In this document: positions 34,581-47,650 of the stretch, in pieces
How the letters are laid out: the number at the start of each line of letters is the position of its first letter
Numbering within the stretch: the first letter of the stretch is position 1
Assembly (NCBI GenBank): GCA_001179505.1
Contig: CDMY01000295.1
Location: 372,001-436,000 of the forward strand
Length of the DNA: 64,000 bases
From: Vitrella brassicaformis CCMP3155
Taxonomy: Eukaryota; Protista; Chromerida
Reading direction: 5' to 3'
Made by a program: the position numbers and the translations under genes
Notes under the pieces: model-generated
Databases searched by the model: none
What the model saw: only the letters and a program-made list of their open reading frames with translations
Told to the model about the DNA's origin: nothing

Positions 34581-37431
34581 ATGCAACCCCACGGTGACCG
34601 CTGCGTTCTCTTGCTCGTTGTCTGCTCGTGCCCTGCGACACTGATACACACCGCCGCTCAGCCTGGGGCCGGCCATCGTGTGAGAGGCAGAGTCAGCCCC
34701 GAGAGGCCCAGCAACTACGCGCGATACGCTGAAGATGAGCCCAACCCCGAGTTCAAGTATGCACGGGAGAAGGACAACGCGACACACGTGCCGCTTGCAC
34801 GCGGTGGCGTACACTTGTGGTGCGTGTGTCAGGTACAAGGAGAAGGATTGGTACTTCTTTTACGTGTCGGACTTGCACATCGTGCCCCGGTACGATGGCG
34901 ACTACATCACTCAGAACACCTGCAGCCCGGACCTGACGGACCTGGAGAAGGACAGACTCACCGGTGGGAAGGAGAGGGAAGTGAGACCGACATGTGATAA
35001 CGCTCTCTCCATCCTCTGTGTTTGCTTCAGGCAACGAGAAGAACCCGTGAGAGGCATGCACTGGTTGTTGAGGCCAAGCTGCCCGATTGCTGTCCATCGT
35101 CTCTTGCTGTTTGTTGTGTCTTACCAGGTGGACGAAGCCGGCGTACTGGGGCAGGTAGGCCGTGAATGCACCAACACATACGGAGACACATCGCAGACCA
35201 CCGACTCTCACTCTGTTTAATTGTTTTGCAGGATTGGCTGCGACCCTCCCATCGAAATGTACTACAGCCTGGTTGCAAAGACCAAACACATTTCCAAGAT
35301 CAGGGGCAAGAAGAGCACTTTCACCATCATGACGGGCGACGTGGCCGGCCATGGCATGGACGAGTATGAGTTCAAGGACACCCGCCGGTACCGCCCTTGA
35401 GAGATGAGGACACAGACTCCATTGATGACCGTCTTGTGCATACAGGTACCGTGCCGTAGCCCTGATGCACAAGACGCTGAGGGACGAAATCGAAAGCGAG
35501 CAGTTTATTTGGGCGCCGGGCAATAATGACCTGTGGTAAGCAAGCTGATTCCGCCGCAAGTGATTCGGGCATTCCCCCTTTCTCATTCGCTTTTCAGGTA
35601 CAATTATTACATAGACACAGAGACGCCAGCAATGACACTGGCCGAACTGCGCGAAAGCATGGAGGGCCACGCACCCACAGGCAGCCAGCCCGATCTGGAG
35701 GACATGTGTGCCGGCGACCCCACTATCTCTCGTGAGGAGGACCTCAAGGCGTTGGCTACCTCCGAGACGCTCATGCGCAAGATGGGGTGGCAGGCGGTGC
35801 TCTGGGAGATATTCAAGGACGACATCAAGCCTTTCGCGGCCGATGGGGAAGACCAGTCAGAGGTTCGGGCGGCAGATGGAACACGAGAGACATGATCGCC
35901 GGGTTGGTGATGTACCTCTTTGTGTGCAACAGACATTTCTTTCAGGTGTGTTCTATTCAGTGGAGGTCCCTCCGCCCGTCAATGTGCGAGTGTTGGCGCT
36001 CAACAGCATAATATGGCTGCAGGGCCATGTGCGGAAGGACGGCCACAACTTCCCGTGGAACCAGCCAGGACGGTCGCCCGAAGACTTCCCTGATCCACGT
36101 ACTCTCTCATAGAGCAAGAGACACAGGAGATACACGCATGGATGGATCTTTGCTTGCATGCAGTGGGTCAGCTCGCCTGGATGAGGCGGCAGCTGACCCG
36201 CGCCAAGGAGAAGGCGCAGAAGGTCTACGTCATCCTTCATGCTTTCCCTGGGTAAGCAAGAGGCGCCCTGCAAACACGCATGACCTCACCTTGTGGCTGC
36301 ATTGCTGCATTCATTCGCCCTTCGCGGCACACACAACCCAGGTTCCATTCGTTTCATTACAAGAAGGAGGAGCTCTTCGAGATACAGTTCCACGAGCTCT
36401 ACTTCCGCAGGTACGTGCCACCAACCACACACCCACACGATTGTGCACCATCGTGTGCCGTGTGCAGCTTCCAGGAGATCATGTACCTCTACCGCGACAC
36501 CATCCTCGCCGTGTTCGCCGGCCACATACACGGAGACTCCTTCCGCGTGCCCTACTTCAACACTACTGGCTACGAATCGGCAGATGTCAGCGGCTCTTCT
36601 CCTGTTCCCAGCAGTTCCTTCAGCGAGAAGAGCATGCGCGACTGGCCGCAGCGAGTGCCGCTGCCTAAGGAATTCCATCAGGAGCTCGAGGCCCTTCCGC
36701 CAATCTATGTCGCCGCTGCGATGGCACCCATATATGGGAACAACCCCGCTTTCAAGGTTAAAGAGAAAGAGACACAAGCCGGCAGAGAGGGGCGTTTCTT
36801 GTTGCCTCTGTCATCGCTTTCTTTGCTGCCCATAGGCCATCGAGTTCGAGCCTGATCACAAGTACACAGACGAGACATGCGCTCGCCATGCGGCGCGCAG
36901 TGTCGTCTCTTTGTATGTCTGTGTGATTGTGTGTGCAGGTATGTGGCCGACATGGTGAGCTACTTCCTGCCATTGGCTCAGACCAACAACTATGAGGGCA
37001 GGCCACGGACCGAAGAAGCCGCTCTCACCGCAGACGACTGGTTCTTCTACTACCGCTTCACGGTTCTTCACACGCAAGTCCACGTCAGTCGTGTGTCTGC
37101 CATCCCTTGTGTGTGTGTCGGTCAGGATGCCTACGGGCTGGAAGGAATGGACCAGCCCTCCCTGACTCGGCTGCTCACGCGTATAGCCGACCCGAGGACC
37201 AAGGAGAGAGCCCTCTACTCTTCCTACTATTATGCCTCGGGCAACATGTCCCCACATATGGAGTGTATCATGACGAGTTTGGCCTCATACAAACATGGTG
37301 GGTGTCTGCTGGACACTGTCATCTGGCAGCAGGGAAAGCAGAGGCAGCGGCGGCAGCAGCAAGAGGGAGAGGGGGAGGGGGAGGGGGAGGGGGAGGAGGG
37401 CCAGCCCAGCCTTGACATTGTCTTTGCCTGA
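34581..37431 (+). CDS. Calcineurin-like metallophosphoesterase, acid sphingomyelinase / SMPDL3 / endopolyphosphatase type, secreted
   Basis: Signal-like N-terminus. Motifs VSDLH, GCDPP, MTGDVAGH, APGNNDL, LALNS, QLAWM...VYVILHAFPG, FAGHIHGDSFR, PIYGNNPAFK. Confidence 0.85.
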
Positions 37432-37893
37432 GCGGGGATGCGTGACGTGTGTGGCGTGGCGACAGACGATAGGACGGAAGGTAAGGACGAAGACATTTGC
37501 GTGAGATACACGCTAATGCGGATTTAAGCGAATGTGTCTCCTGTATATATAAGTCTTTGTCGCATTGAGTCGCATCCATCAACCATTGTGACTAAATCAT
37601 GGGAAGACAGCAGCACGCGCACGCGAAAAACCGTTGCAGCCCTTGCCGTGCCCGTGTGGGACCCGTGCACTGCTGTAGAAGCCTCTCTCCTACTTACACA
37701 CACACCCACGCACATACCCATACACGTCTGGATGTGTGTGGGTGCGTCCTCATCTCATGTGGTGCCAAGAAAAAACCATCTCACACACACCTCCTCGACT
37801 GTCAAGCCCTCTCTGTGATCGCCCCAAGCCCACCCCTTACAACCAGATATCGAAAAATACCGACACCAAGGTGTCATTTCATTCTCCCGTCCG

Positions 37894-40800
37894 TCATCTC
37901 TTGACCGCCCGAGAACTGACGCTGACACGTGCAGTCCCCCTGCCTCCCCTCCTGAGTGCGGCCTTCCTCCTCTCCTTGAGCTGCTCGTCCCGCCTCCCCC
38001 GAGTCAGCAGCAGTGTCTGCACGATCGTGATACCCTCCCCATCAGCATCCTCGAGCGGGAAATCCGACGCATCAGACACCGGCAGCCATCCCTACACGCA
38101 CACACACACACGCGCACGATCACCTGACACATCCAATCGGTCTCTGGACCCTCACTCACTTGTATGGACGCGGCAAAGAGGCTCCTGTGCCAGTGGTCTG
38201 CCTGTATGCCCCGCCCGTCGGTGTCGAATCGCAAGTCGGCGTCGGTCGAGACGGGGCTGCCGTCGCGTGTGGCGGCGGTTGGGATGACGAGGTAGTCGTC
38301 GCTCCGGGGCGACCGGTCGGTGAGCGACAGAGCCCATGAGTCAAACACGGCATGGGACGCCGTCTGGTAGGGCGGGCAGACGGGGAAGCTGCGACACCGA
38401 ATGACAGCACATAACTGGCGTCACACCACATGAGACACAGAGAGGGATGGGGGAGGCAGGGAGGGGCAACAGCAACCATGAGTGGGTGAGAGCTTCACCG
38501 TCTGTGTGGTCCTCTCTCTTTATCTGTGTGTGTGTGTGGGTGGGTGGGTGGGTGGGTGAGTACCTGGTTACCTGCAGGGAGAGCGGGTCAGGTGTGTGGG
38601 GGTAGGCTATCCGGTGCACACCAGCGTACAAGACATACGTGTCGCCAGCAACCTTCTCAGGCGCCTCCAATCGCCTCTCCCTCAACACTGCACCCGAATG
38701 GTTGGGCGCCCTCCCACCCCTCAGAAGCACCGCCAGCCACCGCCGTAAGCGTGAAGGCCCATCGTCCACCATGGCAGAGCCATCATCAGGACCCGTATCA
38801 TCAGGTAACTTTGCCGACTCGACTTGGGCTTGGGCAGCATGGGGGAGGCGATAGGTGAAGGAGCAGCTGCTCTCCCTCTTGTCGTCGTTGGTCCTGTTGC
38901 CGACCTCCGGGGCCTTGCTTGACTTGAGTGACGACATCCATGAGAGCCTGAGGGTGGCCTCCTTCGTCTCATTGGCTGGGGAGAAGGGGAGGCACCACCC
39001 GGACGAGCCATAGCCAGACAGAGAGCACCGCTGGGCTGACTTCGGGGCCGGCTGCTGCTGCTGTTGCTGCTGGTCGTCAGCTAAGGATAACGTCGCGCGA
39101 CCACCGGTGAGCAGCTCACTGGGCGGCCTGTGTGTCGTCGGCTGCTGCTGCTCTTCTTGTTGCTGCTGGTGCTGCTGTTCTCCTTTTCGCGGCCTCCGGT
39201 GGCCGTGGTAGTGCCTCGAGACGCCATGGACGTGCACGTGTGACTTGGTGGTCCGCCGCTTGCCGCTCGGGTGCGTCGGCACATTGACAATCATCATGCG
39301 GCTGTCCCCGAAGGGATCCCCGCCGCCCTTCCCCCAGCCCACATACCCCTCCTTCGCAGCTCTCTGTGTGTCGAACTCGCCAGAGGGCGCCCGATAGAAG
39401 CTGTCGAGCACCTCGCCGTCGCTGAAGACCCCTCCCCCAGTGGCGAAATAGGGCGAGAGGTTGGCTGCCGCGATGACGTTGATGGCGTGGGTGGACGAGA
39501 GGCCCTGGAATATGGGGTTGGGCAGCTGCAGGGGCGGCAGCAAGAGCTGCCACCCCGTCATGACGATGAGAGAGTCCACTGGGCGGGGCTCGCGCGACAC
39601 AAACGTGTCCAAGATGTCGACCCTGATCCATCCAAGACACACAAGCCACACCACCTCAAACAAAGGTGTGTCTGTGTCTGTGTCTGTGTGGGTGTCCATA
39701 GAAATATATCTATCAGCTGACTCACCAGTGCCAGTCGTAGCCCATGATAACGCCGAGGTTGACCCCGCGTGACAGCTCAAACGGCTCCGGGAAGGTGCCC
39801 GCCAGCTCCTCGGGCGGCTGGTCGATGGCCGGGCTGGTGTGGAAGACGTGATGCTGGTAGTACTTGGCAATGACGTTGCCCGACTGACCAAACACCACCG
39901 CAGTGTTGAGCAGGAACCTCCCGTCCGGCGGGCAGGTGCCGCTCACGACAATGGGGTCCTCTCCCCTGCGGCGGGCAGCCGGCAAGAACCCCCCCGTGGC
40001 GTTGGTGCACGGCTGCAGGTCGATCATGTTGGCCACCAGCACCACTTGCGAGTCCTTGGCCGCGCACGAGAGCTCCCGCACCTGGGAGACCTTTGGCGTG
40101 TTGCTGGGGTGTGCGGCGAACCTTGGCGGCCCGTTGTCGCAGGGGATGGACTGCTTGGAGGGGTAGGGGACGGTCTCGGCGTAGGGGAGGATGTGATGGC
40201 GGTCATACGACTGGTTGAGGAAGATCGAGGTGCCCCAGCCGTTGGCGTACTCCGGGAAGACCACCAGATGGGCACCTGTTGGGCAGACAGACAGACAGAC
40301 AGACAGACAGACAGGCAGAGAGGGAGGGGGAGAAGGACAGACGAACGGTACACGCAATCCTGTGTGGCCTGCCTCTCTCTCTCTCTCTCCCTCTTGCTGT
40401 GTATATGTGTTTGTGTGGCTGACCGCTGACAGCCGCGTGTTCGGTCCATTTCTGCATGCTCTTGAGGTTGTCGTGCAGCAGCGAATCAGGCGCCTGCTTG
40501 AGGTCCATCCGGCTGCACAGCGACGAGCACACTGAATAAGCACCGAACGAATCAACCCACCCCATGCACCCCCCCACCTGGCGAAGACCATGACAGCGGC
40601 GGTGAATTCCTTCATCCTTCCCCTCTCCTCCTGCCATATGAGATCCACCGGCAGACACAGCAGCGACAGCAGCACCACCGCCACAAACGCACTCACCGAC
40701 ACGCACACCGGCCGCGAGCAGAAGTTCTTGGCCTGGTCCATGCCGTGGTCGTGCCCGTCGTCAATGGCCGCCCTGCTCGTCCCACCACGGAGGTCCCTTT

Positions 40801-40930
40801 CTTCGCCCAGCAGCGAGATGATGTCCTCCTGGGACCTCTTCCTGCCCGGCGCTGGTGAGCCGCGGATCATGCGGTGATGGTGGGGAGGGTGGTGGGCATG
40901 CACGGGCGAATTGTCGCTCGCGTCAGACAT
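37894..40930 (-). CDS. Vanin/biotinidase-like (nitrilase superfamily) type II membrane protein with substituted catalytic Lys and Cys
   Basis: N-terminal TM SVSAFVAVVLLSLLCLPV. Motifs FTAAV, AHLVVFPEY, ELSCAAKDSQVVLVANM, CPPDGRFLLNTAVVF, AKYYQHHVF, LGVIMGYD. Confidence 0.85.
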
Positions 40931-41152
40931 CCTGTTGCTGCTGGGAGGGAGGGAGGGAGGGAGGGAGGGAGATCAGCCCCTGTTCATCGACGGCTTGGCA
41001 GATTCATCGATTCACGTGATGCGTCGCGTCCGGCGGTCTCTGGCTGGCTGCACCTGCAGCTGATCCAGGCAACGTGGAGGAGTGTTGTTGTGATGCCTGA
41101 GCTCGCCACGGAAAAGCGCGCAGTTGTAGGAGGAGGGCACTCCGTTCCCAAG

Positions 41153-41752
41153 ATGGGGTGGTACGTGTTGGCACGGCACGCATGAGAGAGAGGCACACAC
41201 TACAGTCACGCCGTACCACTGCTTGGCGCCATTTCATCTGCTGTGTGTTGGTGCGTGTCTGTGTGTGGTGTGCAGGGTCCATTTCTTCAAAATCTACGTC
41301 AACGACTACCTTACCAACCCTGTGGTGAACAAACAAACAGACAGACAGACAGGGCAGCACGGGTGCAAGACAGACAGACAGACAGGCAGGCAACACACAG
41401 ACAGGCAGATCAGCGCTGCGGCCCCCCCTCCTTCCCTCCCTCCCCGACTGCGACCCATCTCTGCTCGTCTGTCTGTCTGTCTGTGTGTGCGTCGTTGCTG
41501 TGACGTATGTCTGTATGTCAGGTCCGTTCCCGCTACCACGAGTGGATCAAGTTTTTCGCCGTGCCCCCCGCGCTGCTGATCCTCTACTTCAACTACTGGG
41601 AGCAGGTCGTCAAGGGCTCGCTCGAACGCAAACGTGCAGAGGCGCGGGAGAGACGCGTGGCGGAGCGCAACCGCATCTTCGAGGAGACGATAATCCCCGC
41701 ACCCGTGTCGGCCATGCACCAGTGCAAGTGGTCCGACAAAGGACACCACTAG
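41153..41752 (+). CDS. Small (~95 aa) single-TM protein with an 8-nt first coding exon
   Basis: ATGGGGTG|gtacgt...tgcag|GGTCCAT...CCTGTG|gtgaac...tcag|GTCCGT gives MGWVHFFKIYVNDYLTNPVVRSRYHEWIKFFAVPPALLILYFNYWEQVVKGSLERKRAEARERR...; all junctions are in phase. Confidence 0.7.
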
Positions 41753-42097
41753 ACAGACAGGCGTGTGACACACACACACACGCTTACTCAGACAGACTGC
41801 TGTGTGTGTCTGCGCCTGTGGGTGTGATGTGACCGGCTGGCTGTCTGGCTGCCTGTGGGGGTGGTGTGGTGTGGTGTGGTGTGGCATGGGGTGTGGCTCG
41901 GGTTTGGGGGTGGGTTGGGATGCGGTTGTTTGAACCGAACCACCTGAGTCAGGAGGGCGGAGGGGAGGGGAGGGGAGGGAGGGGCCATGCCATGTACATG
42001 GCCTTCCTGGGGTCCGTTCGTTGTAATGTATGTTATGTGTGAGAGTGTGTTGGCAGACAGACCGACTCCACTCCCCTTGTGTGGGTGAGGGCCTTCC

Positions 42098-42128
<31 letters not shown>

Positions 42129-42491
42129 AAGTGCGGTTGGCTGATGCACCAACCCGTGTAGTAGAGGAAGCAGCTGTGTGGATCCGACGGAAACAGGACA
42201 CACCGACTGATGATGATTGATCAACAATCGTTTCACACACACACACACACACGCGTGTTGAATAAAGACGCGGCGGGCGGGCGGTGGGGTGGGATATCAG
42301 ACACACAAAAGCCTTAAAGCTCGCACGCACACACACACACACACACATGCACCCCTGCGCGTCGAGCTGCACTGACGCGCCCATCCGACCATCCATCGAG
42401 TGTGCAAATCACCGGAAAGCCAAGCCACGACGAGCGGTTAAATGTCCTGACCAATGGTCGGTCGGTCGGTCATCGGCCATTGGTCAGTCAG

Positions 42492-45400
42492 TCATCCGGA
42501 GAGCCCCTTGATGACGATTTCCATGGTGTCGTTGGAGAGGTTCTCCGTGTCGCGCAGCCGCTCCAGCTGCGCCTTCATCATGGCGCTGCGCACGGGCTCC
42601 ACACTGACACACACACACACTTAGGTGTGTGGTTTAAGAATGGTTTGCTGACTGACTTCTTCCATCCGGCGAGGAAGACGGCGAATCTGGACGCCATTTG
42701 GGGGTTGAGCTTGTCGACCTCCTTGATCACATCACACACCAACGAATACCTGACAGACAGACACACGGGACACACACACACACAGACAGGGAGAGAGAGG
42801 GAGAGCCCGAGAATGCTCCACTGTGGAGGAGCTCATGTGGCCATGATATGTTTGTCAAGCGGACTCACTCACCCCGCGCCGTCCTTTCGGTGGAAGTGGA
42901 AGTTGTTGTTGGCGAACGCACCCACTACAGCCCTGCACCCACACACACACACACACACCGACAGCGACACCGGCATCGGTCGTCTCGTCTCTTTGTTGGT
43001 TCTTGCCTGACCTGAGTTTGTTAGGGTTCTTGAGTTCGAAGTCCGGGTGCTTCATGAGCTCCTTGACCCGCTCGACGGTGTCGGGGAGGTCGCTCTGCGC
43101 CTGCACCGCAAACCACTTGCACATCTTGAGCTTGTCGTCTGGCATTAATGCAGCCACACAGACAGCCATGCAGCCACACACACACACATTTAGAGGGATG
43201 GGGGGATGGGTGGTGCAGGTGTGCTTGCCTTGCTGCTCACCTTTGCTGTCCCCATAGAACTTCTGGATGACCGCCTCCCTCTCAGCGACGGGAATGTCAG
43301 CCAACGCATACAACGCTGAGAACACACACCCACACCCACACCCACACACAAGCATGACCAGACCCCGCAGCCATCCATCCATCCATCCAGCCATCGACAC
43401 GCCTGTGTGTGTGTGCCGCCCCGCACCTGAGATGCGGTCGCTCATGCAGAGTCCGGTCTCGAAGTGCTCCACGGCGAGCTTGACGGTCTCGGGGTCCTGC
43501 AGCACGGCCATGCTGATCAGCAGGGCGTTCCGCAGCCGCCGCCGGGCGATCGACGGCTCGTCCACCTTGAAGACCCCGCCCTCCGCCGCCACCTCCTGCG
43601 TCAGCTTGTCGTATACCTCACGCAGCTCCTTCTTGCACGCCTCTACCAATCCTTTGCTGAGAGACACACACAGGGGTGGGGTGTGTGTTGGGGGATGGAT
43701 GGAGGGAGGGAGGGAGGGAGGGGTGCTGGTGGTTTCTCGCCCACCGACCGGACGTGCTGTCGTGCGTTGTGCAGGTGGTCTGGTGCAATGGGTGCAGCGA
43801 TCTCTCCGATGAGGGTCTTCTCGTCGGGCAGGCGCAGCGAGTAGGTCTGATGCGCACACACACACACACACACACATGTAAATAACATCCGTGTGCTCAG
43901 TGGCGACTCAGACAGACAGACCTGTAGGGAGCGGTCGATGTCGGTCGCCGTGAGGACCTTCCTCCAAGCCTCCACAAACACGCCGGGCAGTGCTGGCGGA
44001 GACTCGCCGGCAGACAACTGCGCAGACCTCACAGGCTCTCATCCACGTCTCTCTCTCTCTCTCTGTGTTCGTGTCTACCTTGTTGTATGTGTCTTTGATG
44101 ACGATCGTGGCGAGTGTCTGACCGGCCTCCCATCTGTTGAAGTCGTCAGTGTCGTGGGCCATGAGGAAGGCCAGGTCGTCGGGCGATCGCTCAAACTTCA
44201 GCCGACAGGGGGCGGAGAAATCCCTGTGTGCAGAAAGAAGGACAGACCCACATACACAGAGAGGGGGACAGGGTGGGTGCATGTGTGTGTGTGTGTGTGT
44301 TTGGAGGGGGGAAGGTACCCAGCTACCTGAGGATGGAGGCGATAGGCTCCTCCGGCACGTTGTCGAACACAAACGTCTCCTTCTCGCCCTTGAGCTCGAG
44401 CACCTGCAATCCCCCAACCCACCCACCGACACTCTCTCCCTCTCTCAGGGCACCCTCCCGACACCACAGCCACAAAGGCATAAAGGCATACCATAGAGGG
44501 CTGCAGCTCCTTGCCAGTGGCCTTGGACAGCAGCCCCGTCTTGATAGGTATGTGCAGGGGGTGCTTCTCCGCCTGTCCCGGTGTGGCGGGGGTGGACTGG
44601 CTCACGACGATGGTGAACTGCTTGAGGCTGGGGTCGTAGCTGGCCGACTCCACCGTCACCACAGGGGTGCCCGCCTGGAGGTACCACCGCTCGAACTGCT
44701 TCAGGTCGCTGGTGTTGGCGTCAGCCTGAGAGACAGACGAAGGAAAGGTCAAAAGCACTCACAAGTGAGAATGGTCCCATGGGTGCTTACGCTACCATGG
44801 CAGCCCGGAAGTCGTCACACGTCACCGCCTGGATAATGGCAATGGACCGAGACACACACACGTGTTGGAACGGGCCAAGTGGCGTGAGGCGTGTGGTGCC
44901 GTAGGTACCTGTCCGTCGTGTCTTGTGAAGTAGAGGTCCATGCCCTTGCGGAAGCCGTGCTTGCTCAGCAGCGTCTGGTACATCCGGATCACTTCGGCGC
45001 CCTTCTCGTAAACAGTCGCCGTGTAAAAGTTGTCCCTGGGCCACACACCAACACCAACACAAACACGGGACCATGTGTGTCTCTCTCATTGTGGCTCCCT
45101 CTCCCTGTGTGTGTGTGTGTGGAGTAGGTTACATGGCGATGTAGCTCTCAGGTCTGATGGGATGTGCCATCGGCCCGGCGTCCTCGGGGAACTGCCGCGA
45201 CCTCAGCATAATGATGTCCTCGATGCGCTTGACGGCCGCTGACGCCATGTCGCGGGAGAACTCCTGGTCGCGGAACACTGTGAGGCCCTCCTTCTGCACC
45301 CACCGCACCAGTCAGTCATCAGTCATCACACACGCACAGTGGTGGGGAGGTTTGGGATGGGAGTGGTGTTTGGGGTGGGAGTGGTGTGTGGTGTGTGGCT

Positions 45401-45788
45401 GACGGACGAGTGTGAGCTGGAACCAGTCCCTGCAGGTGACTCGGTTGCCTGTCCAGTTGTGGAAGTACCTGATGGAGCCATCCAAACATCCATCCATCCA
45501 TCCATCAGTGTGTGTAGGTGTTTTGGTGTGATGTGTTGTGTTATGTGCCTGCCCCCACTCGTGTGCAATGACGCCCATGATGCGCTCGTAGTCGGCGTCT
45601 GTTGATGTGTCCGGCGATGCGAGAATCAGCGCCGTGTTGAAGACGTTCAGACCCTGAGAGGCACACACACAGGGGGAGACAGACAGACAGACAGACAGGG
45701 GGGCTTTGAGTAAGGTAAGTGCGTTGGTCTGTCCAGCCCATATCGCTACTAGGCGACCTTGTTCTCCATGGCACCCCTGACACACACA

Positions 45789-45824
<36 letters not shown>

Positions 45825-46759
45825 AGGATTAGGTGTGGGTTTGCTTCACACAGACAGACAGGAGTACATGTTGAAGTCATCGACGGCGACGCTGACACAC
45901 ACAGAAACACACACAGAGAGAGAGGGGGTAGAAAACGGTTGGCTGTTGGTTTGGTTTGGTTTGGTTCGGTTCGGTTTGATCAGTGTGTGTGTGAAGGTAC
46001 GTACATGTTGAAGACGTCCAGGTCGTACTCGCGGCCAAACTTCTCCTCATCCCACTTCATCGCCTGATGATGTCAACACACACACACACACACATCCACC
46101 CACGAAGAAAACTATGAAACTTTGTCGGTATATCTCTCTCTCGGGCTCGTATCGTAAGTGTGACCTTCTTCAGTGACTCCATGGCCCAGTCCAGCTTGGC
46201 CACATTGTGGGGCTCAGAGAAGATCTCCAAACGCACCTTCCGGCCGCTCTGCATCAACGACACCACCAACAAGCCATCGACACACCTTCCCACCCCCATC
46301 ACCCCATTCAGCCCACCGTAGTGGTAAAATCGCTGTGGATGGACTTGAGGTTGCCGACGACGAGGGCGAAGAGGTAGCAGGGCTTGGGGTGCGGGTCCTC
46401 GAAGGATGCGTAGTGCCGCCCGTCGGCCGCGTCGCCGCTCGAGATCTGGTTGCCGTTGCTGAGCAGAACGGGGTACTCGGACTTGGAGGCCTCCACACGA
46501 ACCTGATGGATGGATGGATGGCATGGCATGGCTCAGACAACGTGTGTGTGTGTGTGTGTGGTGGGATACTGACTGTGTAGAGGGACATGACGTCGGGTCC
46601 TGCGGACAGACAGACAGACAGACAGACCGCCATTTGTCAGTGTCCTTGAGGTGAGCTGAGGTGATGTGGTTGGCTGACTGACGGTCAAGGAAGTATGTGA
46701 TGCGTCTGAAGCCCTCTGCCTCACACTGCGTGCAGTACATCCCCCCACTCTTGTACAGC

Positions 46760-46792
<33 letters not shown>

Positions 46793-47365
46793 GTCCGCAC
46801 CTCTCATCTCGCCCACCACACCCCACCTCCCACCCTCACCCCCACAACTGACAACTTACCCCGAGAGCTGGAAGTTCTTCTCCGGGCAGATAGCCACGGT
46901 GGTCTCCACCTTGAAGAGCTCATCGGGGTCGGCCGGCAGCAGCTTCCCCCGGATGACCAGCTGCTTGTCCTCATCGTGGCCGTACCCCTCCGCCCCCTCG
47001 CTCAGCACCTTGCCGTTGAGCTTCACCTCCTTCAGAGTCAGGTCCTCGCCGTGCAGCACCAGGTCGGCCCCGCTGGGCGACCCGCGGTTGCGGTAACACG
47101 TCAGCACCGAGCGCACCTGAGTGAGTGATGCAGTCAAGTCAGTGCAGACGCCTGCATGGTGTCTCGTTTGTGTCTGTCGGTCTTAGCGTACGGTGGTCGT
47201 GTCCTTGTGGACATCGAAGTCGAGGTCGACCTTTTTGATCCAGTATTCGGGCGGCCTGTAGTCGAGCCGCTTCTTCTCCTTGGGCGGCTTCCGCAGGTCG
47301 ACCTCCTTGACCTGCTCGGCAGCTGCCGTCGCCGTCTGCGTCACGGTCTGCGTCTGACTCGCCAT
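42492..47365 (-). CDS. pepN: M1-family alanyl aminopeptidase (aminopeptidase N); possible upstream leader exon to 47691
   Basis: Motifs [19 protein letters not shown]|[29 protein letters not shown]|GLNVFN, VIAHE|[20 protein letters not shown]|[41 protein letters not shown]. Confidence 0.95.
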
Positions 47366-47650
47366 CTTGCACACCACACACACAACAACGAACCACAGAA
47401 CCCAGAGATCTCTCCTTCTCTGCGCCAGATCTCTCTGCAAGCCAAGCGCGCAGTGGACCGACCGACCGAATGCGCGTGGGTGGTTTGAAGCGGTGCTGGT
47501 GCTCTTGATGGGCGGACGAGGTGGTGGTTTGACCGTGCCTTTCGCCAGAAGCTGCTGCTGTTCAGCCCATCTCTGGTGAGGAAGGTCAAAGGCGTCTGGA
47601 AGGCCGCCGTCGACACTGCTATCGACCTCAGGATGCTCCCCGACTGGAGA

